A stretch of DNA of 37,270 nt from Gemmatimonadota bacterium (GTDB lineage Bacteria > Gemmatimonadota > Gemmatimonadetes > Gemmatimonadales > GWC2-71-9), in contig JBDHDE010000025.1 of NCBI GenBank assembly GCA_039591655.1, forward strand, positions 1 to 37,270, in the 5' to 3' direction. The first letter of the stretch is position 1, and the number at the start of each line of letters is the position of its first letter. This document shows positions 25,447-32,929 of the stretch, piece after piece. Position numbers and translations under genes: made by a program. Under the pieces are notes generated by a model, which was not told the origin of the DNA, did no database searches, and saw only the letters and a list, made by a program, of their open reading frames with translations.

Positions 25447-26544
25447 TCAGCGCTTCGGCTCGATGACCGCCTTGGTCACCCGCAGCGCCGCGACGTCCGC
25501 CAGCGCTGCGTTGGCTTCTTCCAGTCCGTAGCGGGCGCCGATGACCTGGGAGAACGGCAGGCGCTCACGGTGCTTGGCCAGTGTCGCCAGGGCCCGCACG
25601 ATGTGGCGGAAGTCGGTGCCCCACTGACCCAGGATGTTCGCATGACGCCGGTTGACCTGGATGTGCGGGTTGATGGTGACCGTTCCGGTGTCCGTGTAGT
25701 GGCCTCCGATCACGTACGTCCCGCCGTCCCGCAGCATGTCGAGCCCCTCGGCGATGGCCGCCGGGTTGCCGCTGGCCTCGATGATTACGTCCGCGCCCCG
25801 GCCGGCGGTGAGCTCCCGCACTGCCGCTTCCCGCTCCTCGGGGGACTTCCGCTCGATGGACAGCACGTGGTCGGCGCCGAGCCGGCAGGCGAGGTCGAGC
25901 CGGGGCTGGGGCGCGCCGATCACCACTACCGCACCGGCGCCCCGCAGCGCCGCGAACGCCGCGGCCGACAACCCCACCGGCCCGGAGCCCTGTACCACGA
26001 CGGTGTCCCCCATCGCCAGAGCGCTCCGGTCCACGGCGGCAAACCCCGTGAACAGGCCGCAACCGCCACCGATGACGTCGTCAGACGCCACGCCCTCGGG
26101 AAGCTTGACCGCCCGCACGCCCGGCTTGAGGTAGATGCGCTCCGCCCAGCCGCCCAACGGGCCATCGTGCGCCGAGTAGGTGATCCCATACACCCGCCGG
26201 TGGGGGCACCGGTTGGGCTGTTGGACAACGGTGCAGTGGTAGCAGGCGTTGCACACCTCATGGACGTCGTAGAACGTGACCTCGTCGCCCACACCGATGG
26301 GCTCGCCTAGAGCGTCGTGCTCGACGCCACGCAACTCGAGGATCCGGCCGACGCTCACGTGGCCAGGCACGATGGGATAGGGAACGCCCTCCAGCCGGCC
26401 GAGGTGCAGATGCACGTCCGTGCCGCACACCTCGCTGGCGACGGTCTCGAGCAGGATGCTCCCGTCCTCGAGGTACGGGTCGTCCAAGTCCCAGAGCGCG
26501 ATCGGCTCCTTGGGAGCCGTCATCACCGCAGCGCGTATCGTCAT
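25447..26544 (-). CDS. Zinc-dependent medium-chain dehydrogenase (MDR)
   Basis: VCGTDVH, GHV (canonical GHE), structural Zn site CNACYHC..C, Rossmann GSGPVG. Start re-called to ATG 26544 with GAGGG RBS. Confidence 0.92.
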   Translation of the reverse strand: MTIRAAVMTAPKEPIALWDLDDPYLEDGSILLETVASEVCGTDVHLHLGRLEGVPYPIVPGHVSVGRILELRGVEHDALGEPIGVGDEVTFYDVHEVCNACYHCTVVQQPNRCPHRRVYGITYSAHDGPLGGWAERIYLKPGVRAVKLPEGVASDDVIGGGCGLFTGFAAVDRSALAMGDTVVVQGSGPVGLSAAAFAALRGAGAVVVIGAPQPRLDLACRLGADHVLSIERKSPEEREAAVRELTAGRGADVIIEASGNPAAIAEGLDMLRDGGTYVIGGHYTDTGTVTINPHIQVNRRHANILGQWGTDFRHIVRALATLAKHRERLPFSQVIGARYGLEEANAALADVAALRVTKAVIEPKR

Positions 26545-26545
26545 G

Positions 26546-28783
26546 TTACCCTCGGTCCAAGCCGATCTTCCCGAGCACCCTTGTGAACCGCTCGTCGGCC
26601 CGTAACTCGTCGAACAGGGGGTCGACGCCCAGGAATACCAGGTGCAGCGCACGCTCGTCGCAGGCTCGCTCGAGCCAGGCGAAGACCTCTTCGTCGTGGC
26701 CGAGCCCCAGGTTCACCACTGCCAGGTAGTCGGCCGGCACGTAGGTCTCCCGGGCTCTCTCACGTAACGTCTGAAGGACCTCCTGGGCTTCCTTGACCTC
26801 TCCCGCCCGGGCATGCGCGTATGCCAGGTAGGCAGCCATCCCGGGATGCCCACCGGAGACGGCTCCGCCCCTCCGGAAGGCGGCCACCGCGTCACCCATC
26901 CGGCCCGCCATGAGGTACGCCTGTCCCACGAACCAGTTCAAGAACACGTACTCGGGATCCAGCTCCAACGTTCTCTCGAACTGCTCGATCGCCCGCTCAT
27001 AATCCCGGCTGAAGAAGTAGACCCATCCAAGTCCCGCGTTCACCGTGAGCGACAACGGATCGAGCCGGTTCGCCTCCGTGATCTTCTCCAGGGCTTCCTC
27101 GAGCCGATACCGCGCCGCCAGATACTCGGAGTAGCCGTGCAAGGCCACCGGATCCTCGGGGTTCAACTCCAGCGCCCGGGCGAAGCACCGCTCCGCCCCC
27201 TGCCAGTCCCAGTCATAGTAGAACTGCACCGACCCGAGAGACGTGTGGGTCTCGGGCAGCATCTCGTCGATCTCGAGGGCCTGCAGGGCCGCAACCCGCG
27301 CTCTGGGGAAAGCCTCGCGCGGCGTGAGGAAGCGGTACCACGCCAACAGGGTGTAGGAATCGGCGATGCCAGCGTGGGCCAGCGCGTAGTCCGGGTCGCG
27401 CGCGATGGCCTGCTCGAAGTACTCGATGCCCCTGGTCAGGCCAGGCCGGCGACGGGTCTTCTCCACATAGCGTCCCTTCAGGTACAGCTGGTACGCCTCG
27501 ATGCTCTCGGTGTAGCGCTTCACGACCGGAGAGGGCTCGCCTGCGGCAAGGTGGCCCTTCAGGGTGGTGACGATCGCTTCGGCGATCTCGTCCTGGATCG
27601 CGAATACGTCCTCCATCTCACGATCATAGCGCTCCGACCATAGATGGTATCCGTCGGCGACGTTGACGAGCTGGGCGGTGATGCGGATCCGGTTCCCGGA
27701 TTTGCGCACGCTTCCCTCGAGCACGGCGTCCACACCGAGCTCCGCACCGACCTCGCCTGGGGTGGGGGAGCGCCCCTTGTAGGCGAAGGAGGACGTGCGC
27801 GCCGCCACACTCAATCCCGTGAGCTGGGCCAGAGCGTTGATGATCTCCTCGGTGATCCCGTCGCTGAAGTACTCGTTGTCGGGATCCGTGCTCAGGTTTA
27901 TGAACGGGAGCACGGCGATTGAGGCCGGTGCGGTCGGCGCTGTGGCCAGGGCCGGGGCGACCAACGCCTGCGCGAACACCTCTGCCGTGTCGAACCTCTC
28001 CACCGGGGTCTTGGCCAGAGCACGGAGAAGCGCAGCGTCGACGTGCTGCGGCACCGAGTTGCGCCGGAGCCGCGCGGAGGGAACTGGCTCGGCGAAGCAC
28101 TTGGCGATGACCGCCCGCGTGGTCGGCCCGGTATACGGCGGCTCACCAACCAGCATCTCGAACAGCACGCAACCCAGGCCGTAGATGTCGCTGCGCCCGT
28201 CGAGCGCCAACTCGCCGCTCGCCTGCTCCGGGCTCATGTACGTGGGCGTGCCGACGGCAATCCCCGGCTCGGTTATGGACTCCGCCCGGGCCCCACCGAT
28301 GGCCCGCGCCACTCCGAAGTCCGTGACGACCGCGTGGCCGCCCGAGAGCAGGATGTTGGCCGGTTTGATATCCCTGTGCACCACGTGGTGGCGATGCGCG
28401 TAGCTGAGCGCGCTGGCCACCTCCCGCGCGATTTGCAGCGCCTCATCGACGTTCAGCCGCTCCTCGTGCTCCAGCCGGTCCCGCAGCGACTCGCCCTCGA
28501 CGTGGGGCATGACGTAGTACAGCAGCCCCTCGGCTTCACCGGAATCGTACACGGGCAGGATATGCGGATGGCTCAGCCGAGCCGCGATGCCGATCTCGCG
28601 CAAGAAGCGGTCTTTGCCCACCGTCATGGCGATCTCGGGCCGCAGGATCTTGAGCGCCACCTTGCGCTGGTGCTTGCGGTCCTCGGCGAGATACACGGCG
28701 GACATGCCGCCACGCCCCAACTCCTGGAGGATGGCGTACCGGCCCGCCAGAGCGGCCTGGAGACGTCCCGTAGCCTCAGTCAT
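26546..28783 (-). CDS. Cytoplasmic Ser/Thr kinase - TolB_N (SIAVLPF) - TPR
   Basis: GRGGMS, VALK, HRDIKPAN, DFG. No TM. SIAVLPFINLSTDPDNEYFSDGITEEII, multiple TPRs, C-terminal VDPLFDELRADERF. Start re-called to ATG 28783 by paralog alignment. Confidence 0.93.
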   Translation of the reverse strand: MTEATGRLQAALAGRYAILQELGRGGMSAVYLAEDRKHQRKVALKILRPEIAMTVGKDRFLREIGIAARLSHPHILPVYDSGEAEGLLYYVMPHVEGESLRDRLEHEERLNVDEALQIAREVASALSYAHRHHVVHRDIKPANILLSGGHAVVTDFGVARAIGGARAESITEPGIAVGTPTYMSPEQASGELALDGRSDIYGLGCVLFEMLVGEPPYTGPTTRAVIAKCFAEPVPSARLRRNSVPQHVDAALLRALAKTPVERFDTAEVFAQALVAPALATAPTAPASIAVLPFINLSTDPDNEYFSDGITEEIINALAQLTGLSVAARTSSFAYKGRSPTPGEVGAELGVDAVLEGSVRKSGNRIRITAQLVNVADGYHLWSERYDREMEDVFAIQDEIAEAIVTTLKGHLAAGEPSPVVKRYTESIEAYQLYLKGRYVEKTRRRPGLTRGIEYFEQAIARDPDYALAHAGIADSYTLLAWYRFLTPREAFPRARVAALQALEIDEMLPETHTSLGSVQFYYDWDWQGAERCFARALELNPEDPVALHGYSEYLAARYRLEEALEKITEANRLDPLSLTVNAGLGWVYFFSRDYERAIEQFERTLELDPEYVFLNWFVGQAYLMAGRMGDAVAAFRRGGAVSGGHPGMAAYLAYAHARAGEVKEAQEVLQTLRERARETYVPADYLAVVNLGLGHDEEVFAWLERACDERALHLVFLGVDPLFDELRADERFTRVLGKIGLDRG

Positions 28784-28956
28784 GCTCGAAGTAAGATGCT
28801 CGCGGAAGCCCAACTGCGCGAGAGCCCCCGCCGCACTCCTCGCTACCCTACGAGGGGGCGCCCCGGAGGTTGCACTGTTGTGGAGGGGGCCACGGCGGGT
28901 TACATGTGTGATGCGGTCTAGCGATGCGGACAGGGACCCACTACGGACGGACACAC

Positions 28957-29313
28957 ATGAACTTCGTGCGGCTGCTCCCGGTTCTCCTGAGCTTCGTTCT
29001 CGTCGCAGCCCATTTCTCGCGCAACGACATTACCCCGTTGGTGTACGTGAGCCTCGCCCTGCCCTTCCTGTTGCTGGTTCGGCGTCCCTGGGTGCCCCGG
29101 ATGTTCCAGGTGTTGCTCATCCTGGGGGGCTTGGAGTGGCTCAGGCGTCTGGTGGTGCTCGCTTCGGAGCGGCATGCTGCGGGGGAGTCCTGGGTGCGGC
29201 TGGCCGTGATCCTGGGCGCGGTGGCGGCGTTCACCTTCCTCTCCGCCCTGGTCTTCCGCTGCCGAGCCCTGCGGGAGCGCTACGGCCTCGGCACCCCCGC
29301 CAATTCTCGATGA
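28957..29313 (+). CDS. Small multi-TM hypothetical membrane protein
   Basis: MNFVRLLPVLLSFVLVAAHFSR...LEW...WVRLAVILGAVAAFT; 3-4 hydrophobic segments. Alternative ATG at 28924. Confidence 0.78.
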   Translation: MNFVRLLPVLLSFVLVAAHFSRNDITPLVYVSLALPFLLLVRRPWVPRMFQVLLILGGLEWLRRLVVLASERHAAGESWVRLAVILGAVAAFTFLSALVFRCRALRERYGLGTPANSR

Positions 29314-29331
29314 AGATCCGCCCGCGGGCGC

Positions 29332-31497
29332 TCAGGCCTGCTCTAGGATGGTCTGGAACCGCGGCTCGCCGCGGATGTTGTCCAGATCGGGATCGTTGGC
29401 GATCCAGTCCTTCTGCCCGAAACCGTTCTGGGTGGCGGTAGCCAGCAGGTCCAGCGCCCGCTCCTTCCGCCCCCACACGCTGTAGTTGCACGCCGCAGCG
29501 TAGAGCACGACGGCGTCCTCCGGATCGATGGCCAGCGCCCGCTCGGTCCACTCTTCGGCCTTCTGCAGTTGACCCAAGCGAATGAGGGCAATGCCCCCGA
29601 GCGTGAGCGCCCGACCGTCACCGGGCTCGAGCTCGAGATGGCGCTCGAGGACCGCGAGAGCCTTCCGATAAGCCCGCTGCGCCTCCTCGTGGGCGCCCAT
29701 CCCCTCGATGGACTGCGCCCACAGGAGCCGCGCCTGGTGGTCCTCCCGGGCCTCGCACGCCTGCTCGAACAGTCGGGCGGCCTCCCGGTGCCGGCCCTGC
29801 CGCACGCAGGAGCGGGCGTAGAAGTAGTGGGCCTCGAACAGGGTCGGGTCCAGCATGATAGCGGACTTGAACTCCTGCTCCGCCTCCTCGTACCGGTCGT
29901 TTAGCGAGAAGGCGAGTCCGCGCACGGCGTGCGCCTCGGGGAGATCGGGGTCGAGCTCCAACGCCCGTCGGCTCGCCGCATCGGCCTCGGCGAGATTGGC
30001 CTCGCTGGGATCGAAGTACATCGCCAGGAAGGAGCTGCAATCGGCGATGCCGGCGTAGGCAAGTGCGTAATCCGGATCGATCTCGATCGCCTTGCGGAAC
30101 ATCTCCCGAGCGTATTCGAGGGTCTTGCGCCGCAGCTGCCGGAAGTGCTGGCGGCCCCGCAGGAAGTACTCGTAGGCAGTCACATTCCCGGTGGGCACGC
30201 GGGCGAGGGTCTTCTGCTCTTCCTCGCTGAGGACCACGCCCACTGCCGCGGCGATGCTCCTGGCGATCTCGTCCTGGACCGCAAAGACGTCCTCCATCTC
30301 TCGGTCATAGCGCTCGGACCAGAGGTGGTAGCCGTCGGCGACGCTTACCAGCTGGGCGGTGATGCGGATGCGGTTGCCGGAACGCCGCACGCTTCCTTCC
30401 AGCACCGACCCCACTCCTAGCTGATCGCCCATCTTTCGGACGTCGCCGCTGCGACCCTTGAACGCGAACGCCGAAGTGCGGGCCGCGACGTGGAGCGCCT
30501 TGATCTTGGCAAGCGCGTTGGTGATCTCCTCGGCGATCCCGTCGCTGAAGAACTCGTTCTCCGCCTCGGCCGAGACGTTCGCGAAGGGCAGCACCGCCAC
30601 CGACGGGCCCGTCCGCACGGCAACGGCGCCCTCAGGGGTGCTGTCGCTCGCCTTCATGGCCATGCTCGGTGAAGCCAGGGAGTCGGCGAACTCCCCCGCC
30701 GTACCGAACCGGTCCGCCACGTGCCGAGCCAGCGCCTTGGCAATCACCCTTTCCAAGGAGGGCGCCACCGACTTGCGAATCAGGTGGATGCTCGGCATCG
30801 GCTGCGTCGACTTCCGGGCCAGAATGGCCTGGGGGTTGGAGCCGGTGTAGGGTGGCTCCCCCGCCAGCATCTCGAACAGCACGCAGCCCAGAGAGTAGAC
30901 GTCGCTCCGACCGTCGAGCTGTTGCTCTCCGGAGGCCTGCTCGGGGCTCATGTAGGTCGGCGTCCCCACGGCGATGCCCGGATCCGTCAGCTGATCGGTC
31001 GCGGCCTCCGAGACGGCCCGGGCGATCCCAAAGTCGGTGACCACCGCGACCCCGGCCGAGAGCAGGATGTTACCCGGCTTGATGTCCCGGTGGACCACGC
31101 CGTGCTTGTGCGCGTAGCCCAGGGCGGCTCCCACCTCCCGCGTGATCCGCAACGCCTCGTCGATGGGGAGGCGGGGCTCGCGGTCGAGCCGCTGCCGCAG
31201 GGACTCACCCTCGACGTAGGGCATGACGGAATAGAGGTACCCGTCACGCTGCCCGGAGTCGATGAGGGTGAGGATGTGGGGATGGCTCAGCTTGGCGGCA
31301 ATCTGGATCTCGCGCAGGAACCGGTCGGCCCCGATGGACAACGCGAGCTCGGGCTTGAGGACCTTGATTGCCACCACCCGGTCGTGCTTGGGATCGTGGG
31401 CGCGATACACCACGGCCATGCCGCCGCGACCAAGTTCCCCCTCGATCGCGTACTGGTCGGCAATCGCGGTTTTGAAGCGCGCGAATTGATCGGCCAC
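29332..31497 (-). CDS. Cytoplasmic Ser/Thr kinase - TolB_N - TPR
   Basis: GTG start, with GGGGGG RBS-like and TATCTT -10-like elements upstream. GRGGMA, VAIK, HRDIKPGN, DFG; SVAVLPFANVS; TPRs; C-terminal YAAACNYS..WIANDPDLDNIRGEPRF. Confidence 0.94.
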   Translation of the reverse strand: MADQFARFKTAIADQYAIEGELGRGGMAVVYRAHDPKHDRVVAIKVLKPELALSIGADRFLREIQIAAKLSHPHILTLIDSGQRDGYLYSVMPYVEGESLRQRLDREPRLPIDEALRITREVGAALGYAHKHGVVHRDIKPGNILLSAGVAVVTDFGIARAVSEAATDQLTDPGIAVGTPTYMSPEQASGEQQLDGRSDVYSLGCVLFEMLAGEPPYTGSNPQAILARKSTQPMPSIHLIRKSVAPSLERVIAKALARHVADRFGTAGEFADSLASPSMAMKASDSTPEGAVAVRTGPSVAVLPFANVSAEAENEFFSDGIAEEITNALAKIKALHVAARTSAFAFKGRSGDVRKMGDQLGVGSVLEGSVRRSGNRIRITAQLVSVADGYHLWSERYDREMEDVFAVQDEIARSIAAAVGVVLSEEEQKTLARVPTGNVTAYEYFLRGRQHFRQLRRKTLEYAREMFRKAIEIDPDYALAYAGIADCSSFLAMYFDPSEANLAEADAASRRALELDPDLPEAHAVRGLAFSLNDRYEEAEQEFKSAIMLDPTLFEAHYFYARSCVRQGRHREAARLFEQACEAREDHQARLLWAQSIEGMGAHEEAQRAYRKALAVLERHLELEPGDGRALTLGGIALIRLGQLQKAEEWTERALAIDPEDAVVLYAAACNYSVWGRKERALDLLATATQNGFGQKDWIANDPDLDNIRGEPRFQTILEQA

Positions 31498-31577
31498 GGA
31501 CCCCCCAAGTTCGCAGCCTAAGATACTGGCCGGGACGGCCTTTATCGACCGTGCAGCATGACTGAACGGATGGGGGC

Positions 31578-32171
31578 CTACTGTGCGGGCCGCGACGCGT
31601 CCGTGAGCTCCTCAATGAGGAGGCGGATCCGATGTGCCTCGCTGTCGCGCAGCCGCGGTGCGGAGCACGTGAAGTCCGTCGCCTGGAAGGAGTCCCAGCT
31701 GTACCGCAGGATGCGGCAAGGATCGATGGCCACATCCTCACACTCGGGATCCGCTTCCGACTCAACCTCCACCGCAGCGAAGGCGTCCAGCAGCCGGTCC
31801 AGTTCCGCCCCAGTAAGGGTCCGTACAGGCAGCCGGACCTCTTCGCGACATCCGTCGATGGTCGCGACGCAAGAATCCACCCCATTCTGCGCCGACTCGA
31901 GCATCGATGCCGCGTAGCGGTAGGCGCCGGTGTCGCCGCTCGTTACCTCGGCCCGAAACGTCGATTGGAGAACGGGGCAGAACCCGAGGCCGGGCCCTTG
32001 CTCGTAGGTGAATACTCCAAAGTCGGAGAAGTCCACCTTCTGCTGGTCCCCGCACGCCATCACGGCGCCAACGAGGCCCGCCACCACGGCGGCGCGCGGC
32101 ACGCCTATCGGGGAGGTACGGAGTCGGCGAGGGTCCTTCGAGGAGCTGCCAGCGGACGAGGGAGTACCCAT
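31578..32171 (-). CDS. Hypothetical Cys-rich lipoprotein
   Basis: Hydrophobic stretch AAVVAGLVGAVMA-C (lipobox-like) and six further Cys. Start uncertain: ATG 32171 or GTG 32102. Confidence 0.7.
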   Translation of the reverse strand: MGTPSSAGSSSKDPRRLRTSPIGVPRAAVVAGLVGAVMACGDQQKVDFSDFGVFTYEQGPGLGFCPVLQSTFRAEVTSGDTGAYRYAASMLESAQNGVDSCVATIDGCREEVRLPVRTLTGAELDRLLDAFAAVEVESEADPECEDVAIDPCRILRYSWDSFQATDFTCSAPRLRDSEAHRIRLLIEELTDASRPAQ

Positions 32172-32334
32172 CCAGGTAACGCTCCGCGCGCGTTGGAGAT
32201 CTCCACCCGAAACTGCCGGGAAGATGGGCCGTAGGGATTGGGAAAGGAAGGAATCGGGCCGCTCCGCGATGTTTCAGTTCGGAACGGCACTCATCGGTCC
32301 GGCACGAATGGCACGGACGCCCGATATTGAGCAT

Positions 32335-32748
32335 ATGGCAACCAAGAAGAGCAGCGGCGACGCCCGGTACACCAAGGTCGTTGGGGAGCAACCCAACACC
32401 GGCCGCCGCTACGTGGAGAACGGCAAGGTCCGGATCCAGTGGACCGAGGGAGGCAAGCGCCGCTCACGGACCATCGGCCCCAACAGCCCCGCCAACCGGA
32501 AGCGGGCCGACGAAGAACTCGAGGAGATCCTCAGCACCATGAATGCCACCGAAGAGAAGCCCGAGAGCAAGCCGCTGGACGTAGGGGAGATCGAGCAGAA
32601 GCTGCGCGACTACGCCCTGTCTGCCCTGGACAAGGCCGACGAGATCGCCGATTGGATCCGGGACGCGATAGCGCGGGGACCGGAGCCCGAGGGCGAAGAG
32701 GAGGGGGAGGCCGAGGTGGTGGAGGAGGCGGAAGAGGAGTCGGAGTAG
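32335..32748 (+). CDS. Hypothetical protein: basic N-terminal domain resembling an integrase arm-binding fold, plus an acidic tail
   Basis: MATKKSSGDARYTKVVGEQPNTGRRYVENGKVRIQWTEGGKRRSRTIG...RKRADEELEEIL, ending EPEGEEEGEAEVVEEAEEESE. GC3-biased codons begin near ATG 32335. The upstream in-frame extension overlaps the divergent gene. Confidence 0.7.
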   Translation: MATKKSSGDARYTKVVGEQPNTGRRYVENGKVRIQWTEGGKRRSRTIGPNSPANRKRADEELEEILSTMNATEEKPESKPLDVGEIEQKLRDYALSALDKADEIADWIRDAIARGPEPEGEEEGEAEVVEEAEEESE

Positions 32749-32764
32749 GGCCGGCCGGCCGCAC

Positions 32765-32787
32765 GCTCTTGCGAAGTCCGTAAGAGC
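32765..32787 (+). terminator. Plus-strand hairpin downstream of 32335..32748
   Basis: GCTCTTGCG-AAGTC-CGTAAGAGC, a 9-bp stem whose G-U pair forms only on the plus strand. No U tract. Confidence 0.35.
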
Positions 32788-32873
32788 CGGCGAACGCCCC
32801 CGTGGCCCGCCGCGAGGATTCACTGCGGCAAGATGGACGATGTTGGTTCGAGGCGCGCGGCCCCGCAAGTGGC

Positions 32874-32904
32874 GAGCCCCACAGTCCCAAGGACCGCGGG
32901 GCTC
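32874..32904 (-). terminator. Minus-strand hairpin downstream of the TPR-propeller gene
   Basis: The minus strand reads GAGCCCCGCGGTCC-TTG-GGACTGTGGGGCTC: a 14-bp stem with two G-U pairs that are A-C mismatches on the plus strand. It lies 25 nt past the stop codon. Confidence 0.5.
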
Positions 32905-32929
32905 TGGCTTCAACGGCGTAGAGAACTGC

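Noticed and set aside
236..31497. Kinase cluster as an anti-phage defence island or mobile element
   Set aside because: No integrase, transposase, nuclease, STAND NTPase, toxin-antitoxin genes or boundary repeats were seen, and the kinases are interleaved with housekeeping genes (pckA, pdxH).
32008..32334. N-terminal extensions given by the ORF track (also 3155-3199, 11120-11197, 14230-14577, 18792-18869, 24300-24389, 26545-26652, 28784-28954, 35096-35203)
   Set aside because: They overlap neighbouring genes or promoter regions. Downstream starts have better RBS, stop-start overlap or paralog alignment.
32835..32870. tRNA or tRNA remnant (GGTTCGA T-loop-like sequence)
   Set aside because: The flanks do not form a T-stem, and there is no cloverleaf or CCA end.
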